Positions 52,712 through 64,000 of a DNA stretch of 64,000 bases are shown here, piece after piece. The first letter of the stretch is position 1, and every line of letters begins with the position of its first letter. The translations under genes and the position numbers were made by a program. A model generated the notes under the pieces. That model was not told where the DNA came from. It searched no databases and worked only from the letters and a program-made list of their open reading frames with translations. The DNA is taken from the sequence record OR142618.1. One strand, written 5' to 3'.

Positions 52712-52796
52712 GCCCGGTTGGTGAAATCGGTAGACACAGGAGACTTAAAATCTCCCGACGAAAGTCGTGCCAGTTCGAGTCTGGCACCGGGCACCA
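52712..52796 (+). tRNA. tRNA-Leu(UAA), second copy
   Basis: ggaga-cttaaaa-tctcc, CCA. Confidence 0.95.
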
Positions 52797-52824
52797 AACT
52801 CCTACAAAAGGAACATATTATAGT

Positions 52825-53649
52825 ATGTTCCTTTTTTATTATGATATTTTTATTATGAATGAAATAATGCATATATCTGCCAACACATACGTAATAGAAT
52901 ATCGCGTATTAAACAAGTTAGTAGTCACTATAAAAAATAATAGATCTTTTACATTATGGGTACATTTTGATATCGGTACATTTTCTATGGCATGGAAATA
53001 CAATGCAATATAGAATTAAAAAATGAAATACATTATTAATTTACAATACTCAACAGAAGTAATATATATGCCGTGTTTCAACATAATATCGTTATGCGAT
53101 AATAGATATGTTACTATCCTTTCTATTACTATGATATTTAAGATAAGATACTATTTGCATCCGATGTTCCGTTATATTCTATAATACATAATATTTTTAT
53201 TGTAACATATACCAGAAGTGCTTAGATAATATATAGCAATTCTGTTTATTATCGATATTGCGGTATACTTAGCAAAAAATATTTATTTCTTATTAATTGT
53301 ATTACATAGAATAAAGAATGGAAAGAATTTTAACTATTTCACATAAAACATTAATATGTGAACTGTCGTTATTAAAATGGTCGGAATCCATAGTTTGTGC
53401 ATATTCTGGCGAAATAATATGGTATGTTCGGCTGCATAAGAATTGTTATGTAGTACAGCTAAGATGATAATGAACTGTATTTTTTCCTATTCGTACTATT
53501 TAGAACGCATCGTATGTCATGCAAAAATCTACAAAGGGTTTGTAGTCAGTAAAAATACTTTTTGTGAGAAATCCGTAATAGCTTTATACTTAATAAATAG
53601 TGGTAGTTATTTTCATAAATGTTACGTCGATCATTACTTAATTGTATAG
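52825..53649 (+). CDS. small orphan ORFs between tRNAs (52825..53013, 53023..53184, 53443..53649)
   Basis: Short Ile/Tyr-rich ORFs. Confidence 0.35.
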
Positions 53650-53671
53650 ATATATATTTTAATAAAAATAG

Positions 53672-53700
53672 TTGACCAAACGCACAAAACAGTATATAAT
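53672..53700 (+). promoter_or_regulatory. sigma70-like promoter
   Basis: TTGACC-N17-TATAAT. Confidence 0.75.
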
Positions 53701-53751
53701 GTTACGCATACAAAGCATTATTACAAAGCTATCATTAGTTGCACAAGATAT

Positions 53752-53828
53752 GCGCTCGTAGCTCAGCTGGATAGAGCATCCGCCTTCTAAGCGGATGGTC
53801 GGGGGTTCGAATCCCTCCGGGCGCGCCA
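53752..53828 (+). tRNA. tRNA-Arg(UCU)
   Basis: tccgc-cttctaa-gcgga, CCA. Confidence 0.95.
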
Positions 53829-53849
53829 ATTTTTAAAGAGTGTTGTGTT

Positions 53850-54699
53850 ATGCAAACAATAAGATTTGACATAAGACTTCTTCGTTATAGTATGAAACAA
53901 GGTTTCTGCTGTATAGGTAAAGATATATTTGAAGTGTGCAGAAAAACTCAGATCAGTCCAGGTCAGCTAAACTTACGAAAAAATTATATAGGACGAGTAT
54001 TAATCGGAATTGATTCAAACTACAATCTGCACAATACCTGTTTAGTAGGATGGACTCGCTATAAAAATATTATAGTATAAAAATTTATATTAATAATATG
54101 AATAGATGCAAAGAACATCTACAATACAGAACAATCAAAAAGCATACATTAACTTGTAGGAAATGCAAAGAGTTATCGTTACAAATAAAATTATTTTGGC
54201 TTCAACAACAAGCATTCAGTATTAGAACCGATACTAGCGGAATATACATATTCGATATTAAATATAATTCTATTTACGTATACTCTGTAGCTTGGTATAA
54301 TACAGAATTATACGGTAAAGGGAAAATAATTTTAGAATAAACATGTATATAAGAGTACCTCAATTAATGAATAATTATTCTAATGATACAGATATTCTAA
54401 AATGGATAAAGCGTAACAATAGAAAAAATGCACGTCTAATTTCATATATAGACGGAATATATAATATTGTTTATTTCGATGGCGGAAAAGCAAGAGTTGG
54501 CATAGTAAAAGACAATATGCACTGCAGATACGGAATACATAGTCGTGGATCTATGTATTCGAAAGATATAATGAGCCTGTGGCAATCTAGTACAGGTTCG
54601 TGTTCGCCTGATGATGTAAAGATTATGCAAGATTATCTAGACGATAAATGTGTGCTTCCGGAATTTGATTTTTCTCAGATTAAAAATTTAAAATGGTAA
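53850..54699 (+). CDS. three hypothetical proteins (53850..54080, 54098..54340, 54343..54699)
   Basis: Tandem ORFs. Confidence 0.5.
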
Positions 54700-54722
54700 A
54701 TAATATAACAATATAGTTTTAT

Positions 54723-54799
54723 CGCAGGGTATGCAAGAGGTCTAAGCAGAAAGGCTCATAACCTTTTTATCGTGGGTTCGAATCCCACCCCTGCAACCA
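54723..54799 (+). tRNA. tRNA-fMet(CAU), atypical
   Basis: C1:A72 mismatch (initiator determinant); anticodon stem aaagg/ccttt. Confidence 0.8.
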
Positions 54800-54808
54800 G
54801 TTTTATAT

Positions 54809-54885
54809 CTAGGCATAGCTCAAGTAGGTAGAGCACTTGCTTTGGGAGCAAGAGGTTGGGGATTCGAGGTCTCCTGCCTAGACCA
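54809..54885 (+). tRNA. tRNA-Pro(UGG)
   Basis: cttgc-tttggga-gcaag, CCA. Confidence 0.92.
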
Positions 54886-54894
54886 ATTTACTAT

Positions 54895-54967
54895 GCAGTC
54901 CTAGCTCAATTGGTAGAGCACTGTCCTTCCAAGTCAGATGTTACGGGTTCGAGTCCCGTGGGCTGCT
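54895..54967 (+). tRNA. tRNA-Gly(UCC)
   Basis: ctgtc-cttccaa-gtcag; followed by CAA rather than CCA. Confidence 0.85.
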
Positions 54968-55784
54968 CAATATTCTAATATAATTTATTAGTATATCTAA
55001 TCGATGGTTAGTGTAGTGGATGCATATGGAAATATAGAAGTATTAGTTATGCCATCTAACATAACGGTACTAGAATTACAGGCATATACAACAGAGCTAT
55101 TGTATGTAAGAAAATCTCATTGTTTATGTTTATACCTTCCTGATATAGGAAATTATGCTTTATGGTTTTTTTAGACAGATAGGATAAAAATATAAATTGA
55201 TATTATTCTGTTTAAGGAACTAGCATTAAATGGCAGGTTGCATATTTAGACTCGATTTGTCTATTTTTCGTGAAAATGTATATAGTATTTCTAGGTTGTC
55301 TTATACAAAATCTATATGTGTTTCAATAAAAACTAAACCGACAAGCAATAGAAAACAATTAGAAATATATGTTGTAGATAAAACAACTGATTTTTTAGTT
55401 GCATGCAAGTATTTTTAGCTTATCTATTTTGACTTGCCTTTAAAATAAATAACCATTATATATTTGATATAACAACCATTCTAAATAGAAATAAAACCAT
55501 AAATACACATAATAACGGTGTGGATTTATGGAAAACATATTTAGGATATCTATTAATGCTAACGAAGGTATTATACGAATATCCCCTACTTACTTTTTTA
55601 ATGGTGTTTTTTATTCAAAGCATTTGAATATTTTTATAATAGATCCCGACGGATATCTAATAAGAAAAATATATACTTGTAGTACATTCTTATGATGATT
55701 TCTTTTAAATATACAAAATAGCATTTGACACAAGTATAATTATTTCGTATAATAAGCGTATAAAACAACAAAAGAGAATTTTAA

Positions 55785-56144
55785 ATGATTTCCAAAATTC
55801 AAATTGTATACGGAATATATCTTCCTACTGCCGATGCAAAAATTATATACGAAGACTCGGAATACGAATCTAATAAAATAAATAAAAATATTAGATTATT
55901 TGCAAATGATGCATATTTAGAAGATAAGATTTTAGAAAATAAGGAATTTGAAGATAATCCCTATGTTCCGCACTTTTATGGTATCTTTTGTAAAGAATTC
56001 GATAATGACCAAAGTGCATACTTATATAATGTTCCTAAATCTTTTATAGATGAATATAATAATGTAGCTCCAGCTATTTTAGCTAGACTCGGTTATTTAG
56101 ATAGAGTTGCAGGAAAACAACATTGTAGAATAATTTACGAATAG
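55785..56144 (+). CDS. hypothetical protein
   Basis: 119 aa ORF. Confidence 0.6.
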   Translation: MISKIQIVYGIYLPTADAKIIYEDSEYESNKINKNIRLFANDAYLEDKILENKEFEDNPYVPHFYGIFCKEFDNDQSAYLYNVPKSFIDEYNNVAPAILARLGYLDRVAGKQHCRIIYE

Positions 56145-56158
56145 AATTAACTAGTTTT

Positions 56159-56248
56159 GGAGAGGTGATAGAGTCTGGTTTATTATACTAGTCTTGAAAA
56201 CTAGCGGATCGAAAGGTCCCGTGGGTTCGAATCCCACCCTCTCCGCCA
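56159..56248 (+). tRNA. tRNA-Ser(UGA)
   Basis: ctagt-cttgaaa-actag, long variable arm, CCA. Confidence 0.95.
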
Positions 56249-56253
56249 AATAT

Positions 56254-56343
56254 AGATACTTGACCGAGTGGCTTAAGGTGCTTCCCTGCTAAGGAAGTGA
56301 GTTTGAAAAAGCTCCGTAGGTTCGAATCCTACAGTATCTGCCA
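56254..56343 (+). tRNA. tRNA-Ser(GCU)
   Basis: cttcc-ctgctaa-ggaag, long variable arm, CCA; terminator 56350-56374. Confidence 0.95.
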
Positions 56344-56679
56344 ACACACAAGCGGAACAATTGTTCCGCTTTTTATTAACCTAATAAATGTTGTTTTATA
56401 ATGTTACTCATTATAAAACATATCTTTCGAAATTTCTAAAATAATTTGCAATAATATTTGTTTTAGTTATTATATAGAAAAAGATTACTAGACAAAGTAT
56501 TATTGCAGATGTCAAATGCAATCAACTAATATTATTATCTAATTTAGCAAAATCAGAAAATACTCATTTAAATCAGTATAGTATTACATTCTGGTATTTT
56601 CCATTAAAACAATAAATTTACAATTTTATTAATACACCGAGTATAGTATATTAAATATAAATCACACGAGGTCACAGTT

Positions 56680-58275
56680 ATGAACAAACATTTCGATATA
56701 ATTGCCGAACTCGAATATCCTACTTATACTGTACAAGTAAGGAAATATCGCGACGATGGTAGATATGAGGTTGGCCAACAACCTAACGAGGGCGAGTATG
56801 TTGCACGCCACGAAAATTGCACTGCCGACGACGCAATCCGCGTACTATCTCACTACTGCACAGCAGCCCTTTATAAAATAAAGAAACAATACTAATTAAA
56901 TGAGAATATTTGTTATGTGTACAGATGCCGGTCTTTCGCCGGCATTTTGGCAAGAACCAAACTGTGGAATAACCTATGACACTAAAGATGCGTATGGCGA
57001 TTTCAGTGTTAATGACATATTCAATGTATTAGTAAACAAAGTAAACATAGTGTTATGTGCGAATGTGTCCAACTACGAGATATTAAGCTATTCTAGGTTC
57101 TTAAAATCATGCACATAATTAAACTATGTTCCATGTATCAATATCTCGAAATCATCATAGAAAATCTGCAGGACAAAACAACATCAATTATAATTAGATT
57201 CGAAGTACCGACAGAGTATGGTAGTATTTCATCTTTCATATTTCATTTTAAAATACATAAGAAAACAACTAAAATAACTAATAATCTAAATGATTATTCT
57301 ATTAGAATAAATTATTTACATAACAGTTATATCAGATGGATTAATAACCCAAGAATGAAACTTTATAAATGATAAACATATTTAAAATACAGATGCACTT
57401 AGCACATATGATATATTATCATTTATCTATATATACTATAGATTCATCGTCATCACCCATCGTTTTTATTAATTTAAATAATCCTAAACCCATATGGAAC
57501 AGTCATTATGAAATTAAAGAGTATAATGAATGAACTTTGAGTATGTATTTAAATTAATCAATCTACTAAAAGTTTCTAGTTCGATAGAATGTATTTCGTT
57601 ATCTAAATTTTATAACGACTACGGCGTATATATAGAATACAAAAATAATAAAAAACTGCATCGCTTGTTAGACCATAACATTACTAGCCCAATCAACATT
57701 ATAGAAGAAGAACTAGAACGCATAATTAGAATTTCTGCATCTAATGTGAAAATATCACCAGTGTACAATCGTGCTACCCAGAAAGAAATATTAAATATGT
57801 GGATAAATTATACATTAATTTGGCGAAGAACATTTTATTCCAGTGCATATACAATGCAACCGTATTTGAAGGTAAAGTAAATGACAATAGACGAATTTCT
57901 AGAACAATTAGATTGTGCATGTACTGATGGCAATTGTATATTTCGCCCATCGCATTGGAAAGGAATGGTAACTAACGGCGGTTGTAAGTGTCTGGCAGAC
58001 AGAAATAAACACACTAATGTACTGAGGTATATTAATTTCTTAAAATCTAAAATAAAATGATAGATTACATCTTTAAATTAAGTTCCTATTGTTTAATTTT
58101 TATAGATTCATCACGCCATTATGGTGTACACTATGATCTGGCAGAATATTTTTCAGACGGTTCTATATGGTATAAATGGTCTTATGAGACCACTTCGCAC
58201 AACGATACTCAGTATAATAAAGGAAAATACACAAAAAGTTTTATATACTTAATGGAAGGAAAATATTCAGCATGA
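56680..58275 (+). CDS. run of small hypothetical proteins (56680, 56900, 57109, 57530, 57881, 58057)
   Basis: Includes an unlisted 59-aa Cys-rich ORF 57881..58060 (CACTDGNC...GMVTNGGCKC). Confidence 0.55.
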
Positions 58276-58790
58276 AAGGGTATGATTTAATTAAAGAATA
58301 TTATGGTACCCGGGTTGCTAAACGTTCCGGGATTCCGTTAATGAACCATATAGATGAAGGTCTAAAAATTTTAGATACAATAAATTCTTCATACGAAGTA
58401 AAAGAAGCATTTTGTTTACATCCTTTGCTCCAAAATAACGAAGAATTTGAAAATAACTATGATTTAGTAGTAAGCACAGGCGGTCTGGTAACAAAAAGTA
58501 TTCTTCTTGCTATGGAATATAGACATAAAGCAAATACATATTTGTGTAAAAAAGAAACAGATCATTGGACAGTTGAATATGCATCTAAAAAAATAGGTCA
58601 TATTATTCATCCTGTAAAAGAAATGCTAATAGCAGATAAGGTTCAAAATTTCAAAGATTTTAAAATATATCATAAAGACACCCACAAAAGATCTCATCAG
58701 TTATCTAAATATTTTAAAAATTGGTTAACAATCTTAGAAATATCCGACGTCGACGCTAAAGATTTAGAACAAGTGTGTTATAAAGATTAA
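58272..58790 (+). CDS. HD-domain-like protein resembling (p)ppGpp hydrolases, HD changed to HP
   Basis: R.AKRSGIP.MNH...G..IL...EAFCLHPLLQ...IADKVQN. Confidence 0.5.
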   Translation: MKGYDLIKEYYGTRVAKRSGIPLMNHIDEGLKILDTINSSYEVKEAFCLHPLLQNNEEFENNYDLVVSTGGLVTKSILLAMEYRHKANTYLCKKETDHWTVEYASKKIGHIIHPVKEMLIADKVQNFKDFKIYHKDTHKRSHQLSKYFKNWLTILEISDVDAKDLEQVCYKD

Positions 58791-58851
58791 CACACATTAG
58801 ATTTATAAATGCAATGCCACTAAATATCTTTAATTATGTAGGAGATATATT

Positions 58852-59490
58852 ATGTGGCAACAGCGTTGGGCATTAGTTGGAGACTCTATCCAGGCATGGG
58901 TATTAGAAAATAGTAATAGTGGTATTATTCCGAGGGCAGATAAACTCACTGCATCTATGATACCGTTTAAAGTAAACGCATCTATACAGAACGTGTCTGT
59001 CCCGGGTATGCGTTTAGCAAAAGGAACTGATCCTAGTGATCCGTTTGATATTTCTTCATTAAGCAAATTACATGGATTTTTCGGGTTAAACGGAGTTGTG
59101 TGTACATTAGGTACAAACGACTACGGAAGTCCATACGTAACTACAGTCGATTATTTTTATGCTTTAACTGATTTTTTGAATGCAGCAATATCGTTAACCA
59201 TACCTGTTGTAATTGTTTCGCCTATATGGCGACAAGATAAGGATACATCTGTATTAAAATACGACGGAACGACTAATGTACTTGCAGATTTTCAAAATAC
59301 AGCACAATGGGTTACTTCACTTGTTTCTGCTAATAATAGTAATGTCTATTTTATAGATGGGAAACAAGCACCTGTCCAAAATGCAACATATTTTGGCGAT
59401 GGATTGCATTTAAATGCTGCCGGGCATGCTAAATTTTGCACATGGTTAGTAAATGAAATGAAATCCAAAAATCTTTGGCAACAATATTAA
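58852..59490 (+). CDS. SGNH/GDSL hydrolase (esterase/deacetylase)
   Basis: GDSI, GTND, DGLHLN; CTAAATA upstream; terminator 59488-59526. Confidence 0.85.
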   Translation: MWQQRWALVGDSIQAWVLENSNSGIIPRADKLTASMIPFKVNASIQNVSVPGMRLAKGTDPSDPFDISSLSKLHGFFGLNGVVCTLGTNDYGSPYVTTVDYFYALTDFLNAAISLTIPVVIVSPIWRQDKDTSVLKYDGTTNVLADFQNTAQWVTSLVSANNSNVYFIDGKQAPVQNATYFGDGLHLNAAGHAKFCTWLVNEMKSKNLWQQY

Positions 59491-59596
59491 TAAAACATTG
59501 CCCGCTAATGCGGGCAATGTTTTATTGTATTTTTATTTTTCTTATGCTATTATACAAATAATAAATAATGGACGTTTAATAACAAGGAAATGTTTT

Positions 59597-59827
59597 ATGA
59601 GTTCAGAATTTGATATAGATGACAGCGGACTTGCTGAAACCCACGAACAAATTGTAGAAAAAGCTGTAAGTAAAATACGAAAAGAAATGGCAAGAAATTC
59701 TGGCTATACCGAATGTATAGATTGCGGAGAAGAAATAGGAGAAGAAAGAAAACGTATACTACCAAGTGCAACAAAATGTGTGGAATGCCAGTCGTTGTTT
59801 GATCTGAGAAATAAGTTATACAAATGA
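59597..59827 (+). CDS. TraR/DksA C4-type zinc finger protein
   Basis: AAGGA RBS; CIDCGEEI...R...LP....CVECQ. Confidence 0.85.
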   Translation: MSSEFDIDDSGLAETHEQIVEKAVSKIRKEMARNSGYTECIDCGEEIGEERKRILPSATKCVECQSLFDLRNKLYK

Positions 59828-60579
59828 ATCTATCATTATTATGTAAATTATCTAGAGTAGTTAGAAATAGTACAATCGTTGTTTCTATTAAATATTCTAA
59901 TTTTTTTATTTCCATTTTTAATAAAATATATAGTTTAATAAGAATTGACATTGTTTCTAATTTAGCTACATGTTGCTTACTACCAACTGTTATAAACCTA
60001 TTATCGTTTTGTATAGAAGAAAGAAATGAAAATAAATCTAAAAAAGATAATAACACTAAACAAACTTAGTGAGATTATATTTAGAAAACAAATATAACCT
60101 GAATGTCTCTGAATTACATTATAACGTATTAATAGATATAATATATTAAGAATCTAAGCAATAAATATTTGCATATAAGAAGGATTCTAATATGTCATAT
60201 AATCCAAATTTCAATACCTCTATTATAGGATTATCGTATAATTCTATAAAATTACATATAGTAGAACATGTACAAAAAGACATAAAAGGTAATACAGTTT
60301 ACATTATATCATTTGTAAATGATTTTGGATTTATTTTTGCTAAGGTAAAAACTAAATATGATCCTAAAACTGTCTTATAATGCACGCGAAATATGCATAG
60401 AACTAAGTACCATATATACATGTATATGGATCCGGAGAGAAAAAGGGATAGTTTTGTATAGACGTATGATTTATGATACAAAATCGATGAGTATAGGTAA
60501 TTATGATTATACAACTTATATTTCGCATGAAATAGGAGGCTTAGGCTGGACCAGTTATAAGAATTTAAAAAAATGCTAG
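59824..60579 (+). CDS. small hypothetical proteins (59824, 60192, 60358)
   Basis: ORF track. Confidence 0.4.
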
Positions 60580-60638
60580 ATTTCGTTGTTATAAAACAGT
60601 ATACTAAACACTCAACACATTAACTAGCAGAGGTAAAC

Positions 60639-60788
60639 GTGGATAATATCAAATCGTGCAAATGCGCACATGATTTCCAGGACAGTGTGTACGGCAAAGG
60701 TAATCGTGTGCATAACGTGTTTACTAAGGGCTATCGTTGCACTGTTTGCGGTAAAGAAATTATTACTTCTTCCACTGGCAAGAAGTAA
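60639..60788 (+). CDS. 49-aa Zn-finger-like protein (missed by the ORF track)
   Basis: GAGG RBS + GTG; CKCAHDFQDSVYGKGNRVHN...RCTVCG; host-like codons; terminator 60794-60821. Confidence 0.75.
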   Translation: MDNIKSCKCAHDFQDSVYGKGNRVHNVFTKGYRCTVCGKEIITSSTGKK

Positions 60789-60911
60789 AATATAAAAAAA
60801 GGGCACATTGTGCCCTTTTTTAATAGTAAGAAACAAAGTAAGTCATGCATTCAACTATCTATAATATACACTGTGCATTCTAATACACAGTGTATTGTTG
60901 CGAGTAATTAA

Positions 60912-61133
60912 ATGTCAACAACGCCTAGGGGAAAGAAAACTAAAATAACATGCAATAATATAGAATGTAATAATGTATTCGAAGTAAGAATTGCCGATGT
61001 TAAAAGAGGTTGGGGACTATATTGTTCTAAGTCTTGTAAACAAACTGCACAAGAGCAGCAACGGCAAATGATAAAAAAATTATCCGGGGAACATTTGTTA
61101 CCGAAGAATAAACGAAGAAAAAAGTATTGGTAA
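60912..61133 (+). CDS. small Zn-ribbon protein
   Basis: CxxxxC...F.V....G.G.YCSKSC. Confidence 0.65.
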   Translation: MSTTPRGKKTKITCNNIECNNVFEVRIADVKRGWGLYCSKSCKQTAQEQQRQMIKKLSGEHLLPKNKRRKKYW

Positions 61134-61307
61134 GAGGTATAGTATGAGTTTAATACTAAACTATTCAATTTGTGCAAATACTACAACCATAACTTTTTAT
61201 ATTTTCGGATTAAACATTAAAAAGGCATGGGTATACGTTACAAAGTCAGATAAGTATGGTAGGTATTTGTACGTATCTCAAGACGGATGTATGGGTGTCT
61301 TTCCTGA

Positions 61308-61604
61308 ATGGCAAATATAATTAAAATGAAACCGATATTGTATTATGTAGGTGATAATCCCGAAGGGGCATTTTTGTGCGAAATTTATGGCAAGGAATAC
61401 CCATTTATCAATAATGAAACTAGATTTATTAAAGTTAATTCTATTTTTTATATATCTTTTATATCTGTTAAGTATACATATATAAAATTTCTAGTTAGAT
61501 ATAGATTTGTTGTATGGAGGTTATACGACACTGACATTTATATTTCCTTTAGTAGAGCTATGACATCCGTTGAGCGGGAAATTAATAAAATAAGAGGAAT
61601 TTAA
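61308..61604 (+). CDS. hypothetical protein
   Basis: ORF track. Confidence 0.45.
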   Translation: MANIIKMKPILYYVGDNPEGAFLCEIYGKEYPFINNETRFIKVNSIFYISFISVKYTYIKFLVRYRFVVWRLYDTDIYISFSRAMTSVEREINKIRGI

Positions 61605-61740
61605 AAAATGCGTTATTTTGCACGTTTGCATTATGCTATACGCAAGTTTGCAATAACGTGCAAACGCATGTATAACGCTAATACAGCTAACAATACAGTG
61701 CATAAAAACATGTACAGCATACTAGCGTTACAACGCATAT
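61598..61740. repeat. GA/TC/GG/CC-free tract
   Basis: Zero such dinucleotides in 143 bp; contains atgcgttattttgca, the reverse complement of the 49.5-kb repeat core. Confidence 0.85.
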
Positions 61741-61909
61741 CGTTGAACTATAAATGTATATATATCTGGAGCAATATGGTATTCTTGTCAGTTACTACTG
61801 ATGATACCTTAACTACATATCATATATATAGAAAAAGTTTAAGAACTGGTTTAGAATCGTGTAATTTTTCTTATGTACTTGGATTAGTTATGAAGGAAGG
61901 ATATTAGGT

Positions 61910-62521
61910 TTGATTAAGTTAGTAAAACCCATTGCATATTATGGACAGAAATTTGGTATCGCTGTTTCGGGCGGTATTGATTCTATGGTTGCATTGTCCT
62001 TCTTAAAGAAATATCCACAAAATAACTTCGATGTCTTTCATGTAAACCACGGATCGGAGTATGATATCAAAGCAGAGCAATTTGTGAGAGATTATTGCAG
62101 CGACAATAAAATAAATTGCCATGTATACTGCATTAACACAAAAAAACCAAAAGGTTGCAGTTGGGAAGAACATTGGCGAAACGAACGATATAAATTTCTG
62201 CACTCTCATGAATTAGAAATCATGACTGCACATACACTAGACGACAACGTAGAGACGTGGTTGTTTTATAGTATGCACGGTTCGCCTCGTATCATTCCGT
62301 ATCGGAAAAAAAATGTCATCCGACCGTTTATGCTTACTACAAAAAACGAATTTAAAAAATATGCGAAAAGTAATGGTGTACAATGGTTAGAAGATCCTAG
62401 TAACCGAGACACTAATTTTAATAGAAATCAAATTCGACATAATATAATTCCTCAAGCACTTAAAGTAAATCCAGGATTGTTTAAAGTGATTGCAAAAAAA
62501 GTAAGAGAAGAGAATGGCTAA
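61910..62521 (+). CDS. tilS: tRNA(Ile2)-lysidine synthase, catalytic domain only
   Basis: SGGIDS, HVNHG, R.ERY, TAHTLDDNVET, RPF, EDPSN...RN.IR. Confidence 0.88.
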   Translation: MIKLVKPIAYYGQKFGIAVSGGIDSMVALSFLKKYPQNNFDVFHVNHGSEYDIKAEQFVRDYCSDNKINCHVYCINTKKPKGCSWEEHWRNERYKFLHSHELEIMTAHTLDDNVETWLFYSMHGSPRIIPYRKKNVIRPFMLTTKNEFKKYAKSNGVQWLEDPSNRDTNFNRNQIRHNIIPQALKVNPGLFKVIAKKVREENG

Positions 62522-62629
62522 ACACTCACTTTTAACAATGCTTGTTATTTCTATTCAAGCAAGGAATTATCATATAATACCGTATGTCGGTGTTAAACAT
62601 AAACTTGTGTTTATTTTATCTAGTAGCAA

Positions 62630-63911
62630 ATGAATACTATAATAACGCTAAGTGCTTTGCAGGAAACAATACAAGCAGACGAATGGTCATACCGCTATAA
62701 TTTTATTATCAAAGATAAACGTGGTAGTAATATATTTTATTGTGTAGAAATCGAAAATTCATTACAGTCGTGGTTTGTAGACTATACATATAACAATAGT
62801 TTGATATACTTAGATATATTTAAGATTCAGCTATTAACACAAAAAATATCATCTTATATTATTAATAGAATAGTAGTAGTATTGACAGACAGTAACTCAA
62901 GTACAATTTTATACAATGAAATGGAAAATGATAGTATTAGTAGTAAAAATTATTCATCTAAAATAGTATTAGCATAAATGAATGTATTTTAGCATAAGAC
63001 CATAACGCACTATTTGCATTAAATTCCAAACTAAAAATGTAACTTCTTTATGTATATTCTTATTATTGCAATTCTAGTAAAATCTGTACAACTATTACTG
63101 AGTTAGATGTACAGGACAAAGAACCGCAAAATGCTTGACTATCCATTCGTGTTGGGTTAATTTAACAAAATTATATAAGGTATTTTAAGTGTTTATCATT
63201 AAATTACAAAGCAATTGTGACAAAATAGAAATAGATAACTCAAAATACAATTACGGGTTTTTTATTGTTAACTCAGAAAACATGAAAGTATTCCATTACA
63301 GTAACAAAGAATCGTCTTTGTATTCTATGTTTGCAAAAAATCTACATATCAATGTATTTTTGGTGTCTACCTTGTGTTGTATTATATGTTTCGACTATCC
63401 TACTTTATACTTAGAAATGGAATCAAACCGTGCAGTGACATTAGGTATAAATCCATGTTTCTTAAATATAGATATACAAGGTTCTCGGTTCCATAATTGG
63501 GATCCGGTGTGTTTTGTATAAACATGTGATATAATTTATGTTTAGTTATTTCTTAAATAAGGTATTGAAATGAAGGAAAACAATATACTAGAAATGCAAG
63601 CAGGATGCTCAAACGTGGCTGTTATAGGTAACAGTGTTATAAGTATAGAAGGATTATATGACAAACCAACAAAAACATTAAACTTCTTTGTAAGATATAA
63701 TTTAAACCATGATTCAGAGTACTTATCATACATTTACACATTTAAAAATGATATATGTGTACTGTCTTTATCTAGTAAATGTTTTATGATTAAAATGGCC
63801 TCAGAGATGTACTATAAAACCAGATCTGTATGTATTATTAATAATAAAGGAAACGGATTGTTATATAGTTACAAAAATCACACATGGGCTCGGACATGCA
63901 TTCTAATATAG
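62630..63911 (+). CDS. small orphan ORFs (62630, 63189, 63570)
   Basis: ~110-aa Ile/Asn/Tyr-rich ORFs. Confidence 0.45.
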
Positions 63912-64000
63912 AAAAAATTTATTATATTTCTAAAAATACACGAAGTATAAAGGTAATGGACCATACAATTACTATATGGTCGTTATATATTTCACCTAAT

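Noticed and set aside
55003-55060. tRNA-like start (gatggttagtgtagtgg)
   Set aside because: No anticodon arm, T arm or acceptor complement; it reads as the start of a 55-codon ORF.
52800-56700. Stop-codon reassignment suggested by low coding density
   Set aside because: Gaps are filled by tRNAs and sub-60-aa ORFs; conserved genes are intact in the standard code and end at TAA/TAG/TGA; no suppressor tRNA (Ser UGA reads UCA).
59595-60056. 153-aa minus-strand ORF; also 60624..60836 (-)
   Set aside because: Antisense to TraR and to the 49-aa Zn-finger gene, which have motifs and RBSs.
61910-62521. QueC call for the PP-loop protein
   Set aside because: HxxDDxxET, EDPSN and RNxIR motifs are TilS-specific, and the QueC C-terminal Zn-binding cysteines are missing.

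Overview
64 kb of an AT-rich (visually about 30% GC) jumbo myophage genome with T4-superfamily-like replication genes. The gene order resembles, from memory only, the PA5oct/RaK2/XacN1-type giants; this needs a BLAST check. The host is probably GC-rich, because a few genes use C-ending, host-like codons and the 12 phage tRNAs mostly serve A-ending codons. Main contents: (i) a family B DNA polymerase fractured by a naturally split intein, with a free-standing Vsr/Hef-like endonuclease between the halves; (ii) a 7-deazaguanine DNA-modification cluster (TGT/DpdA-like, glycosyltransferase, QueD-like, epimerase-like, PRTase, QueE); (iii) RNase H/FEN, a MoxR ATPase-vWA pair split by a second endonuclease, and an HNH nuclease; (iv) a ~1.8 kb non-coding divergence point containing a promoter-driven, densely base-paired ~630-nt RNA candidate followed by an origin-like AT-rich zone; (v) late genes with capsid-targeting-like N-termini, including two paralogous zincin proteases; (vi) 12 tRNAs, a minimal TilS, TraR/DksA, an SGNH hydrolase and many small orphan ORFs. 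The two least explained signals are the large structured RNA and at least five 135-200 bp tracts in which GA/TC/GG/CC dinucleotides are almost absent. These tracts could be modification-free regulatory windows tied to the deazaguanine system. All calls come from reading motifs by eye; no searches or folding programs were run.
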